DNA from: Bugula neritina
Lineage: Eukaryota; Animalia; Bryozoa
Direction of reading: 5' to 3'
Assembly (NCBI GenBank): GCA_964035545.1
Contig: CAXIUT010000103.1
Coordinates: 124,001-188,000 of the forward strand
Length of the DNA: 64,000 bases
Shown here: positions 48,901 through 63,900 of the stretch, piece after piece
Position numbering within the stretch: the first letter of the stretch is position 1
Layout of the letters: the number at the start of each line of letters is the position of its first letter
The notes under the pieces: model-generated
Seen by the model: only the letters and a program-made list of their open reading frames with translations
The model's database searches: none
Told to the model about the DNA's origin: nothing
Translations under genes and position numbers: made by a program

Positions 48901-51900
48901 TCAATCATCAGTTTTCATATTAAAAGAGAAAGCTCATCTGCAGCACCATTTCTCAGTGTTATATTTTGCTAGAGCAATAACTAATTTTAGGTGCCTTTGC
49001 AAACATGTGAGAAATAACTGAGTCATTCTATGAAAAGAGGTGTTTGCAGCAATTGTCCACTTTTGATTTAGACGCGGCATGGAAACTTTTGTAGTTTTAA
49101 ATAATATCTCCAAACTCATCACTTGCATGTGTTTAGATACTTGATAAAGTTTTGTATGCAAAATTTGATGCCTGCTTCAATGACACCAGTGCTTAATTAC
49201 TGTGTTAACTGTATTGGCACAATGCCATGAGATATTTGGTAATATTTCGCATCACAACAAACTCTTCAGAAAATGAAGAAAATCAGTCTAGAAAGTTAAT
49301 GAAATAAACCTACCAGAGAGAGTAAGCCAGATGTGACAAGTTGATCCAAAACAAGTTGATTAACAGTTGAAGTTGAAGTCTCCATGTAGTGAACACTTTA
49401 GTCCTAATGTCAAATGCAAACGTCTGCTACCAAACTGTGTAGACTTCATGAGCTGGTTAGCTGACAGGACTCATTAAAGTTCTTAACTCTTGTGTGTATG
49501 GTGATGCCCATCTTGAACTAGAGAGGGCTGACTAAAGACTGCTACTTTGTGAAAATTGACAATGCATATTATTATTATTCATTGTTGAGATTCACGACTG
49601 CCATAAACAATGATAAATTATTCATTGTTGGTACTAGTGAGTAAATTAAAATATAATATAATATTTTCTTGACAGATAAATAATATCGTATACAGAATCT
49701 AACTTACCATAACTCTAAAGTGCTTCACCTCTTCAAATTTTTCGGCAATGTTATTTCTTTCTAGTTAGAAGTACTAGCTGAATATAGGACTATGAAACAT
49801 AACCCTTCAATTTCATTGCACCAGCACCGGTTGCAAGATAGGTGTGGTGGGAGTTATCTTTCCTAAAATTTCGTTCTTGGCGTTTATACGAAGCAGACAC
49901 AGGCTAATATTAGTTTAGTTATTTGAAAGAGTTTTGCTGTCATATTGTCCATCAGCAGGAGCTGACGCCTTGCAGTTATTATGGAAATACCAGTGATGCT
50001 GGAAGACCTTTGCATTGTACACCCGCCTTTACTATTGAATTTAGATGTTTTATTTTCCCCTCCCCTCTCCCTCCCCCCTGTCCCCTCTAACAACCAGTAA
50101 TCCTGACTCATGTAAAATGTGTTATTGTTTTAGAGTTGGACCATGGGCCTAGAGTATACGATTTGAAGCTTTATAGTTTACAGGCAGTCGAGATGAGTCA
50201 TTGCTGAAACCAATTTTTATTAGTAGACTATATTGCTCTTCAATCATCAGTTTTCATATTAAAACAGAAAGCTCATCCGCCGCACCATTTCACAGTGTTA
50301 TATTTTGCTAGAGCAATAACTAATTTTAGATGCCTTTGCAAACATATGAGAAATAAATGAGTCATTCTATGAAAAGAGGTGTTTGCAGCAATTGTCCACT
50401 TTTGATTTAGACGCGGCATGGAAACTTTTGTAGTTTTAAATAATATCTCCAAACTCATCACTTGCATGTGTTTAGATACTTGATAAAGTTTTGTATGCAA
50501 AATTTGATGCCTGCTTCAATGACACCAGTGCTTAATTACTGTGTTAACTGTATTGGCACAATGCCATGAGATATTTGGTAATATTTCGCATCACAACAAA
50601 CTCTTCAGAAAATTAAGAAAATCAGTCTAGAAAGTTAATGAAATAAACCTACCAGAGAGAATAAGCCAGATGTGACAAGTTGATCCAAAACAAGTTGATT
50701 AACAGTTGAAGTTGAAGTCTCCATGTAGTGAACACTTTAGTCCTAATGTCAAATGCAAACGTCTGCAACCAAACTGTGTAGACTTCATGAGCTGGTTAGC
50801 TGACAGGACTCATTAAAGTTCTTAACTCTTGTGTGTATGGTGATGCCCATCTTGAACTAGAGAGGGCTGACTAAAGACTGCTACTTTGTGAAAATTGACA
50901 ATGCATATTATTATTATTCATTGTTGAGATTCACGACTGCCATAAACAATGATAAATTATTCATTGTTGGTACTAGTGAGTAAATTAAAATATAATATAA
51001 TATTTTCTTGACAGATAAATAATATCGTATACAGAATCTAACTTACCATAACTCTAAAGTGCTTCACCTCTTCAAATTTTTCGGCAATGTTATTTCTTTC
51101 TAGTTAGAAGTACTAGCTGAATATAGGACTATGAAACATAACCCTTCAATTTCATTGCACCAGCACCGGTTGCAAGATAGGTGTGGTGGGAGTTATCTTT
51201 CCTAAAATTTCGTTCTTGGCGTTTATACGAAGCAGACACAGGCTAATATTAGTTTAGTTATTTGAAAGAGTTTTGCTGTCATATTGTCCATCAGCAGGAG
51301 CATGCGCCTTGCAGTTATTATGGAAATACCAGTGATGCTGGAAGACCTTTGCATTGTACACCCGCCTTTACTATTGAATTTAGATGTTTTATTTTCCCCT
51401 CCCCTCTCCCTCCCCCCTGTCCCCTCTAACAACCAGTAATCCTGACTCATGTAAAATGTGTTATTGTTTCAGAGTTGGACCATGGGCCTACAGTATACGA
51501 TTTGAAGCTTCATAGTTTACAGGCAGTCGAGATGAGTCATTGCTGAAACCAATTTTTATTAGTAGACTATATTGCTCTTCAATCATCAGTTTTCATATTA
51601 AAAGAGAAATCTCATCTGCAGCACCATTTCACAGTGTTATTTTTTGCTAGAGCAATAACTAATTTTAGATGCCTTTGCAAACATATGAGAAATAAATGAG
51701 TCATTCTATGAAAAGAGGTGTTTGCAGCAATTGTCCACTTTTGATTTAGACGCGGCATGGAAACTCTTGTAGTTTTAAATAATATCTCCAAACTCATCAC
51801 TTGCATGTGTTTAGATACTTGATAAAGTTTTGTATGCAAAATTTGATGCCTGCTTCAATGACACCAGTGCTTAATTACTGTGTTAACTGTATTGGCACAA

Positions 51901-54900
51901 TGCCATGAGATATTTGGTAATATTTCGCATCACAACAAACTCTTCAGAAAATTAAGAAAATCAGTCTAGAAAGTTAATGAAATAAACCTACCAGAGAGAA
52001 TAAGCCAGATGTGACAAGTTGATCCAAAACAAGTTGATTAACAGTTGAAGTTGAAGTCTCCATGTAGTGAACACTTTAGTCCTAATGTCAAATGCAAACG
52101 TCTGCAACCAAACTGTGTAGACTTCATGAGCTGGTTAGCTGACAGGACTCATTAAAGTTCTTAACTCTTGTGTGTATGGTGATGCCCATCTTGAACTAGA
52201 GAGGGCTGACTAAAGACTGCTACTTTGTGAAAATTGACAATGCATATTATTATTATTCATTGTTGAGATTCACGACTGCCATAAACAATGATAAATTATT
52301 CATTGTTGGTACTAGTGAGTAAATTAAAATATAATATAATATTTTCTTGACAGATAAATAATATCGTATACAGAATCTAACTTACCATAACTCTACAGTG
52401 CTTCACCTCTTCAAATTTTTCGGCAATGTTATTTCTTTCTAGTTAGAAGTACTAGCTGAATATAGGACTATGAAACATAACCCTTCAATTTCATTGCACC
52501 AGCACCGGTTGCAAGATAGGTGTGGTGGGAGTTATCTTTCCTAAAATTTCGTTCTTGGCGTTTATACGAAGCAGACACAGGCTAATATTAGTTTAGTTAT
52601 TTGAAAGAGTTTTGCTGTCATATTGTCCATCAGCAGGAGCATGCGCCTTGCAGTTATTATGGAAATACCAGTGATGCTGGAAGACCTTTGCATTGTACAC
52701 CCGCCTTTACTATTGAATTTAGATGTTTTATTTTCCCCTCCCCTCTCCCTCCCCCCTGTCCCCTCTAACAACCAGTAATCCTGACTCATGTAAAATGTGT
52801 TATTGTTTTAGAGTTGGACCATGGGCCTAGAGTATACGATTTGAAGCTTTATAGTTTACAGGCAGTCGAGATGAGTCATTGCTGAAACCAATTTTTATTA
52901 GTAGACTATATTGCTCTTCAATCATCAGTTTTCATATTAAAACAGAAAGCTCATCCGCCGCACCATTTCACAGTGTTATATTTTGCTAGAGCGATAACTA
53001 ATTTTAGATGCCTTTGCAAACATATGAGAAATGAATGAGTCATTCTATGAAAAGAGGTGTTTGCAGCAATTGTCCACTTTTGATTTACAAGCGGCATGGA
53101 AACTTTTGTCGTTTTAAATAATATCACCAAACTCATCACTTGCATGTTTTTATAGACTTGATAAATTTTTTTATGCAAAACTTGATGCCTGCTTCAAAGA
53201 TACCAGTGCTTAATTACTGTGTTAACTGTATTGGCACGTTGCCATGAGATATTTGGTAATATTTCACATCACAACAAACTCTTCAGAAAGTTAAGAAAAT
53301 CAGTCTAGAAAGTTAATGAAATAAACCTACCAGAAAGAGTGAGCCAGATGTAACAAGTAGATCCAAAACAATTAGTTGATTAACAATTGAAGTTGAAATC
53401 TCCATGTAGTCAACACTTTAGTCCTAATGTCAAATGCAAACGTCTGCAACCAAACTGTGTAGACTTCATGAGCTGGTTAGCTGAAAGGACTCATTAAAGT
53501 TCTTAACTCTTGTGTGTATAGTGATGCCCATCTTGAACTAGAGAGGGCTGACTGAAGACTGCTACTTTGTGAAAATTGACAATGCATATTATTATTATTC
53601 ATTGTTGAGATTCACGACTGCCATAAACAATGATAAAATATTCATTGTTGGTACTACTGAGTAGATTAAAATATAATATAATATTATTTTCTGGACAAAT
53701 AAATAATATCAAATGCATATTATAACTTACCATAAATCTACAGTGCTTCACATCTTCACTTTTTTCTGCAATGTTATTTCTTTGCAGTTAGAAGTACTAG
53801 TTGAAAATATGACTATGAAACATAACCCTTCAATTTCATTGCACCAGCACCAGTTGCAAGATAGGTGTGTTGGGAGTTATCTTTCCCAAAATTTTGTTCT
53901 TGGTGTTTATACAAAGCAGACACAGGCTAATATTAGTTTTGTTATTTGCAAGAGTTTTTCTGTCTGATTGTCCGTCAGCAAAAGTTTGCGCCTTGCAGTT
54001 ATTATGGAAATACCAGTGATGCTGGAAGACCTTTGCATTGTACATCCGCTTTTACTATTGAATTTAGATGTTTTATTTTCCCATCCCCTCTCCTGCCCCC
54101 CTGTCCCCTCTAACAACCAGCAATCCTGACTCATGTGAATTGTGTTATTGTTCTAGAGTTGGCCCATGGGCCTACAGTATACGATTTGAAGCTTTATAGT
54201 TTACAGGCAGTGGAGATGAGTCACTGCTGAAACCCATTTTATTAGTAGACTATATTGCTCTTCAATCATCAGTTTTCATATTAAAAGAGAAAGCTCATCT
54301 GCAGCACCATTTCTCAGTGTTATATTTTGCTAGAGCAATAACTAATTTTAGGTGCCTTTGCAAACATGTGAGAAATAACTGAGTCATTCTATGAAAAGAG
54401 GTGTTTGCAGCACTTGTCCACTTTTGATTTACACGCGGCATGGAAACTTTTGTAGTTTTAAATAGTATCTCCAAACTCATCACTTGCATGCGTTTAGATA
54501 CTTGATGAAAATTTTTATGCATAACTTGATGCCTGCTTCAAAGACACCAGTGCTTAGTTACTGTGTTAAATGTATTGGCACGTTGCCATGAGATATTTGG
54601 TAATATTTCGCATCACAACAAACTCTTCAGAAAGTTAAGAAAATCAGTCTAGAAAGTTAATGAAATAAACCTACCAGAAAGAGTAAGCCAGATGTAACAA
54701 GTAGATCCAAAACAATTAGTTGATTAACAATTGAAGTTGAAATCTCCATGTAGTCAACACTTTAGTCCTAATGTCAAATGCAAACGTCTGCAACCAAACT
54801 GTGTAGACTTCATGAGCTGGTTAGCTGAAAGGACTCATTAAAGTTCTTAACTCTTGTGTGTATAGTGATGCCCATCTTGAACTAGAGAGGGCTGACTGAA

Positions 54901-54965
54901 GACTGCTACTTTGTGAAAATTGACAATGCATATTATTATTATTCATTGTTGAGATTCACGACTGC
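42901..54965. repeat. Alternating B/A mosaic: B ~42901-47625, A ~47626-49035, B ~49036-52986, A ~52987-54965
   Basis: Diagnostic alleles switch at ~47617-47632, ~49018-49051, ~52978-52993 and ~54898-55001. Confidence 0.88.
43660..54400. repeat. Higher-order tandem duplication of a 4-unit (5361-bp) block
   Basis: Private SNPs AACTCTTGTA (46405/51766) and TATACAAAG (48552/53913), and ORF variants 44523/49884, 47590/52951 and 48352/53713, all at +5361. Confidence 0.9.
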
Positions 54966-57900
54966 CATAAACAATGATAAAATATTCATTGTTGGTACTA
55001 GTGAGTAGAATAAAATATAATATAATATTTTCTTGACAGATAAATAATATCATATACAGAATCTAATTTACCATAACTCTACAGTGCTTCACCTCTTTAA
55101 CTTTTTCGGCAATGTTATTCCTTTCTAGTTAGAAGTACTAGCTGAATATAGGACTATGAAACATAACCCTTCAATTTCATTGCACCAGCACCGTTCTCAA
55201 GAAAGGTGTGGTGGGAGTTATCTTTCCTAAAATTTTGTTCCTGGCGTTTATACGAAGCAGACACAGGCTAATATTAGTTTAGTTATTTGAAAGAGTTTTG
55301 CTGTCATATTGTCCATCAGCAGGAGCTGACGCCTTGCGGTTATTATGGAAATACCAGCGATGCTGGAAGACCTTTGCATTGTACACCCGCCTTTACTATT
55401 GAATTTAGATGTTTTATTTTCCCCTCCCCTCTCCCTCCCCCCTGTCCCCTCTAACAACCAGTAATCCTGCCTCATGTAAAATGTGTTATTGTTTTAGAGT
55501 TGGACCATGGGCCTACAGTATACGATTTGAAGCTTCATAGTTTACAGGCAGTCGAGATGAGTCATTGCTGAAACCAATTTTTATTAGTAGACTATATTGC
55601 TCTTCAATCATCAGTTTTCATATTAAAACAGAAAGCTCATCCGCCGCACCATTTCACAGTGTTATATTTTGCTAGAGCAATAACTAATTTTAGATGCCTT
55701 TGCAAACATATGAGAAATAAATGAGTCATTCTATGAAAAGAGGTGTTTGCAGCAATTGTCCACTTTTGATTTAGACGCGGCATGGAAACTTTTGTAGTTT
55801 TAAATAATATCTCCAAACTCATCACTTGCATGTGTTTAGATACTTGATAAAGTTTTGTATGCAAAATTTGATGCCTGCTTCAATGACACCAGTGCTTAAT
55901 TACTGTGTTAACTGTATTGGCACAATGCCATGAGATATTTGGTAATATTTCGCATCACAACAAACTCTTCAGAAAATGAAGAAAATCAGTCTAGAAAGTT
56001 AATGAAATAAACCTACCAGAGAGAGTAAGCCAGATGTGACAAGTTGATCCAAAACAAGTTGATTAACAGTTGAAGTTGAAGTCTCCATGTAGTGAACACT
56101 TTAGTCCTAATGTCAAATGCAAACGTCTGCTACCAAACTGTGTAGACTTCATGAGCTGGTTAGCTGACAGGACTCATTAAAGTTCTTAACTCTTGTGTGT
56201 ATGGTGATGCCCATCTTGAACTAGAGAGGGCTGACTAAAGACTGCTACTTTGTGAAAATTGACAATGCATATTATTATTATTCATTGTTGAGATTCACGA
56301 CTGCCATAAACAATGATAAATTATTCATTGTTGGTACTAGTGAGTAAATTAAAATATAATATAATATTTTCTTGACAGATAAATAATATCGTATACAGAA
56401 TCTAACTTACCATAACTCTACAGTGCTTCACCTCTTCAAATTTTTCGGCAATGTTATTTCTTTCTAGTTAGAAGTACTAGCTGAATATAGGACTATGAAA
56501 CATAACCCTTCAATTTCATTGCACCAGCACCGGTTGCAAGATAGGTGTGGTGGGAGTTATCTTTCCTAAAATTTCGTTCTTGGCGTTTATACGAAGCAGA
56601 CACAGGCTAATATTAGTTTAGTTATTTGAAAGAGTTTTGCTGTCATATTGTCCATCAGCAGGAGCATGCGCCTTGCAGTTATTATGGAAATACCAGTGAT
56701 GCTGGAAGACCTTTGCATTGTACACCCGCCTTTACTATTGAATTTAGATGTTTTATTTTCCCCTCCCCTCTCCCTCCCCCCTGTCCCCTCTAACAACCAG
56801 TAATCCTGACTCATGTAAAATGTGTTATTGTTTTAGAGTTGGACCATGGGCCTAGAGTATACGATTTGAAGCTTTATAGTTTACAGGCAGTCGAGATGAG
56901 TCATTGCTGAAACCAATTTTTATTAGTAGACTATATTGCTCTTCAATCATCAGTTTTCATATTAAAACAGAAAGCTCATCCGCCGCACCATTTCACAGTG
57001 TTATATTTTGCTAGAGCAATAACTAATTTTAGATGCCTTTGCAAACATATGAGAAATAAATGAGTCATTCTATGAAAAGAGGTGTTTGCAGCAATTGTCC
57101 ACTTTTGATTTAGACGCGGCATGGAAACTTTTGTAGTTTTAAATAATATCTCCAAACTCATCACTTGCATGTGTTTAGATACTTGATAAAGTTTTGTATG
57201 CAAAATTTGATGCCTGCTTCAATGACACCAGTGCTTAATTACTGTGTTAACTGTATTGGCACAATGCCATGAGATATTTGGTAATATTTCGCATCACAAC
57301 AAACTCTTCAGAAAATTAAGAAAATCAGTCTAGAAAGTTAATGAAATAAACCTACCAGAGAGAATAAGCCAGATGTGACAAGTTGATCCAAAACAAGTTG
57401 ATTAACAGTTGAAGTTGAAGTCTCCATGTAGTGAACACTTCAGTCCTAATGTCAAATGCAAACGTCTGCAACCAAACTGTGTAGACTTCATGAGCTGGTT
57501 AGCTGACAGGACTCATTGAAGTTCTTAACTCTTGTGTGTATGGTGATGCCCATCTTGAACTAGAGAGGGCTGACTAAAGACTGCTACTTTGTGAAAATTG
57601 ACAATGCATATTATTATTATTCATTGTTGAGATTCACGACTGCCATAAACAATGATAAATTATTCATTGTTGGTACTAGTGAGTAAATTAAAATATAATA
57701 TAATATTTTCTTGACAGATAAATAATATCGTATACAGAATCTAACTTACCATAACTCTAAAGTGCTTCACCTCTTCAAATTTTTCGGCAATGTTATTTCT
57801 TTCTAGTTAGAAGTACTAGCTGAATATAGGACTATGAAACATAACCCTTCAATTTCATTGCACCAGCACCGGTTGCAAGATAGGTGTGGTGGGAGTTATC

Positions 57901-60900
57901 TTTCCTAAAATTTCGTTCTTGGCGTTTATACGAAGCAGACACAGGCTAATATTAGTTTAGTTATTTGAAAGAGTTTTGCTGTCATATTGTCCATCAGCAG
58001 GAGCATGCGCCTTGCAGTTATTATGGAAATACCAGTGATGCTGGAAGACCTTTGCATTGTACACCCGCCTTTACTATTGAATTTAGATGTTTTATTTTCC
58101 CCTCCCCTCTCCCTCCCCCCTGTCCCCTCTAACAACCAGTAATCCTGACTCATGTAAAATGTGTTATTGTTTCAGAGTTGGACCATGGGCCTACAGTATA
58201 CGATTTGAAGCTTCATAGTTTACAGGCAGTCGAGATGAGTCATTGCTGAAACCAATTTTTATTAGTAGACTATATTGCTCTTCAATCATCAGTTTTCATA
58301 TTAAAACAGAAAGCTCATCCGCAGCACCATTTCACAGTGTTATATTTTGCTAGAGCAATAACTAATTTTAGATGCCTTTGCAAACATATGAGAAATAAAT
58401 GAGTCATTCTATGAAAAGAGGTGTTTGCAGCAATTGTCCACTTTTGATTTAGACGCGGCATAGAAACTTTTGTAGTTTTAAATAATATCTCCAATCTCAT
58501 CACTTGCATGTGTTTAGATACTTGATAAAGTTTTTTATGCAAAACTTGATGCCTGCTTCAATGACACCAGTGCTTAATTACTGTGTTAACTGTATTGGCA
58601 CAATGCCATGAGATATTTGGTAATATTTCGCATCACAACAAACTCTTCAGAAAATGAAGAAAATCAGTCTAGAAAGTTAATGAAATAAACCTACCAGAGA
58701 GAGTAAGCCAGATGTGACAAGTTGATCCAAAACAAGTTGATTAACAGTTGAAGTTGAAGTCTCCATGTAGTGAACACTTTAGTCCTAATGTCAAATGCAA
58801 ACGTCTGCAACCAAACTGTGTAGACTTCATGAGCTGGTTAGCTGACAGGACTCATTAAAGTTCTTAACTCTTGTGTGTATGGTGATGCCCATCTTGAACT
58901 AGAGAGGGCTGACTAAAGACTGCTACTTTGTGAAAATTGACAATGCATATTATTATTATTCATTGTTGAGATTCACGACTGCCATAAACAATGATAAATT
59001 ATTCATTGTTGGTACTAGTGAGTAAATTAAAATATAATATAATATTTTCTTGACAGATAAATAATATCGTATACAGAATCTAACTTACCATAACTCTAAA
59101 GTGCTTCACCTCTTCAAATTTTTCGGCAATGTTATTTCTTTCTAGTTAGAAGTACTAGCTGAATATAGGACTATGAAACATAACCCTTCAATTTCATTGC
59201 ACCAGCACCGGTTGCAAGATAGGTGTGGTGGGAGTTATCTTTCCTAAAATTTCGTTCTTGGCGTTTATACGAAGCAGACACAGGCTAATATTAGTTTAGT
59301 TATTTGAAAGAGTTTTGCTGTCATATTGTCCATCAGCAGGAGCATGCGCCTTGCAGTTATTATGGAAATACCAGTGATGCTGGAAGACCTTTGCATTGTA
59401 CACCCGCCTTTACTATTGAATTTAGATGTTTTATTTTCCCCTCCCCTCTCCCTCCCCCCTGTCCCCTCTAACAACCAGTAATCCTGACTCATGTAAAATG
59501 TGTTATTGTTTCAGAGTTGGACCATGGGCCTACAGTATACGATTTGAAGCTTCATAGTTTACAGGCAGTCGAGATGAGTCATTGCTGAAACCAATTTTTA
59601 TTAGTAGACTATATTGCTCTTCAATCATCAGTTTTCATATTAAAAGAGAAATCTCATCTGCAGCACCATTTCACAGTGTTATTTTTTGCTAGAGCAATAA
59701 CTAATTTTAGATGCCTTTGCAAACATATGAGAAATAAATGAGTCATTCTATGAAAAGAGGTGTTTGCAGCAATTGTCCACTTTTGATTTAGACGCGGCAT
59801 GGAAACTTTTGTAGTTTTAAATAATATCTCCAAACTCATCACTTGCATGTGTTTAGATACTTGATAAAGTTTTGTATGCAAAATTTGATGCCTGCTTCAA
59901 TGACACCAGTGCTTAATTACTGTGTTAACTGTATTGGCACAATGCCATGAGATATTTGGTAATATTTCGCATCACAACAAACTCTTCAGAAAATTAAGAA
60001 AATCAGTCTAGAAAGTTAATGAAATAAACCTACCAGAGAGAATAAGCCAGATGTGACAAGTTGATCCAAAACAAGTTGATTAACAGTTGAAGTTGAAGTC
60101 TCCATGTAGTGAACACTTTAGTCCTAATGTCAAATGCAAACGTCTGCAACCAAACTGTGTAGACTTCATGAGCTGGTTAGCTGACAGGACTCATTAAAGT
60201 TCTTAACTCTTGTGTGTATGGTGATGCCCATCTTGAACTAGAGAGGGCTGACTAAAGACTGCTACTTTGTGAAAATTGACAATGCATATTATTATTATTC
60301 ATTGTTGAGATTCACGACTGCCATAAACAATGATAAATTATTCATTGTTGGTACTAGTGAGTAAATTAAAATATAATATAATATTTTCTTGACAGATAAA
60401 TAATATCGTATACAGAATCTAACTTACCATAACTCTACAGTGCTTCACCTCTTCAAATTTTTCGGCAATGTTATTTCTTTCTAGTTAGAAGTACTAGCTG
60501 AATATAGGACTATGAAACATAACCCTTCAATTTCATTGCACCAGCACCGGTTGCAAGATAGGTGTGGTGGGAGTTATCTTTCCTAAAATTTCGTTCTTGG
60601 CGTTTATACGAAGCAGACACAGGCTAATATTAGTTTAGTTATTTGAAAGAGTTTTGCTGTCATATTGTCCATCAGCAGGAGCATGCGCCTTGCAGTTATT
60701 ATGGAAATACCAGTGATGCTGGAAGACCTTTGCATTGTACACCTGCCTTTACTATTGAATTTAGATGTTTTATTTTCCCCTCCCCTCTCCCTCCCCCCTG
60801 TCCCCTCTAACAACCAGTAATCCTGACTCATGTAAAATGTGTTATTGTTTTAGAGTTGGACCATGGGCCTACAGTATACGATTTGAAGCTTCATAGTTTA

Positions 60901-63900
60901 CAGGCAGTCGAGATGAGTCATTGCTGAAACCAATTTTTATTAGTAGACTATATTGCTCTTCAATCATCAGTTTTCATATTAAAACAGAAAGCTCATCCGC
61001 AGCACCATTTCACAGTGTTATATTTTGCTAGAGCAATAACTAATTTTAGATGCCTTTGCAAACATATGAGAAATAAATGAGTCATTCTATGAAAAGAGGT
61101 GTTTGCAGCAATTGTCCACTTTTGATTTAGACGCGGCATAGAAACTTTTGTAGTTTTAAATAATATCTCCAATCTCATCACTTGCATGTGTTTAGATACT
61201 TGATAAAGTTTTTTATGCAAAACTTGATGCCTGCTTCAATGACACCAGTGCTTAATTACTGTGTTAACTGTATTGGCACAATGCCATGAGATATTTGGTA
61301 ATATTTCGCATCACAACAAACTCTTCAGAAAATGAAGAAAATCAGTCTAGAAAGTTAATGAAATAAACCTACCAGAGAGAGTAAGCCAGATGTGACAAGT
61401 TGATCCAAAACAAGTTGATTAACAGTTGAAGTTGAAGTCTCCATGTAGTGAACACTTTAGTCCTAATGTCAAATGCAAACGTCTGCTACCAAACTGTGTA
61501 GACTTCATGAGCTGGTTAGCTGACAGGACTCATTAAAGTTCTTAACTCTTGTGTGTATGGTGATGCCCATCTTGAACTAGAGAGGGCTGACTAAAGACTG
61601 CTACTTTGTGAAAATTGACAATGCATATTATTATTATTCATTGTTGAGATTCACGACTGCCATAAACAATGATAAATTATTCATTGTTGGTACTAGTGAG
61701 TAAATTAAAATATAATATAATATTTTCTTGACAGATAAATAATATCGTATACAGAATCTAACTTACCATAACTCTACAGTGCTTCACCTCTTCAAATTTT
61801 TCGGCAATGTTATTTCTTTCTAGTTAGAAGTACTAGCTGAATATAGGACTATGAAACATAACCCTTCAATTTCATTGCACAAGCACCGGTTGCAAGATAG
61901 GTGTGGTGGGAGTTACCTTTCCTAAAATTTCGTTCTTGGCGTTTATACGAAGCAGACACAGGCTAATATTAGTTTAGTTATTTGAAAGAGTTTTGCTGTC
62001 ATATTGTCCATCAGCAGGAGCATGCGCCTTGCAGTTATTATGGAAATACCAGTGATGCTGGAAGACCTTTGCATTGTACACCTGCCTTTACTATTGAATT
62101 TAGATGTTTTATTTTCCCCTCCCCTCTCCCTCCCCCCTGTCCCCTCTAACAACCAGTAATCCTGACTCATGTAAAATGTGTTATTGTTTTAGAGTTGGAC
62201 CATGGGCCTACAGTATACGATTTGAAGCTTCATAGTTTACAGGCAGTCGAGATGAGTCATTGCTGAAACCAATTTTTATTAGTAGACTATATTGCTCTTC
62301 AATCATCAGTTTTCATATTAAAACAGAAAGCTCATCCGCAGCACCATTTCACAGTGTTATATTTTGCTAGAGCAATAACTAATTTTAGATGCCTTTGCAA
62401 ACATATGAGAAATAAATGAGTCATTCTATGAAAAGAGGTGTTTGCAGCAATTGTCCACTTTTGATTTAGACGCGGCATAGAAACTTTTGTAGTTTTAAAT
62501 AATATCTCCAATCTCATCACTTGCATGTGTTTAGATACTTGATAAAGTTTTTTATGCAAAACTTGATGCCTGCTTCAATGACACCAGTGCTTAATTACTG
62601 TGTTAACTGTATTGGCACAATGCCATGAGATATTTGGTAATATTTCGCATCACAACAAACTCTTCAGAAAATGAAGAAAATCAGTCTAGAAAGTTAATGA
62701 AATAAACCTACCAGAGAGAGTAAGCCAGATGTGACAAGTTGATCCAAAACAAGTTGATTAACAGTTGAAGTTGAAGTCTCCATGTAGTGAACACTTTAGT
62801 CCTAATGTCAAATGCAAACGTCTGCTACCAAACTGTGTAGACTTCATGAGCTGGTTAGCTGACAGGACTCATTAAAGTTCTTAACTCTTGTGTGTATGGT
62901 GATGCCCATCTTGAACTAGAGAGGGCTGACTAAAGACTGCTACTTTGTGAAAATTGACAATGCATATTATTATTATTCATTGTTGAGATTCACGACTGCC
63001 ATAAACAATGATAAATTATTCATTGTTGGTACTAGTGAGTAAATTAAAATATAATATAATATTTTCTTGACAGATAAATAATATCGTATACAGAATCTAA
63101 CTTACCATAACTCTACAGTGCTTCACCTCTTCAAATTTTTCGGCAATGTTATTTCTTTCTAGTTAGAAGTACTAGCTGAATATAGGACTATGAAACATAA
63201 CCCTTCAATTTCATTGCACCAGCACCGGTTGCAAGATAGGTGTAGTGGGAGTTATCTTTCCTGAAATTTCGTTCTTGGCGTTTATACGAAGCAGACACAG
63301 GCTAATATTAGTTTAGTTATTTGAAAGAGTTTTGCTGTCATATTGTCCATCAGCAGGAGCTTGCGCCTTGCAGTTATTATGGAAATACCAGTGATGCTGG
63401 AAGACCTTGGCATTGTACACCCGCCTTTACTATTGAATTTAGATGTTTTATTTTCCCGTCCCCTCTCCCTCCCCCCTGTCCCCTCTAACAACCAGTAATC
63501 CTGACTCATGTAAAATGTGTTATTGTTTCAGAGTTGGACCATGGGCCTACAGTATACGATTTGAAGCTTCATAGTTTACAGGCAGTCGAGATGAGTCATT
63601 GCTGAAACCAATTTTTATTAGTAGACTATATTGCTCTTCAATCATCAGTTTTCATATTAAAACAGAAAGCTCATCTGCAGCACCATTTCACAGTGTTATT
63701 TTTTGCTAGAGCAATAACTAATTTTAGATGCCTTTGCAAACATATGAGAAATAAATGAGTCATTCTATGAAAAGAGGTGTTAGCAGCAATTGTCCACTTT
63801 TGATTTAGACGCGGCATAGAAACTTTTGTAGTTTTAAATAATATCTCCAATCTCATCACTTGCATGTGTTTAGATACTTGATAAAGTCTTTTATGCAAAA

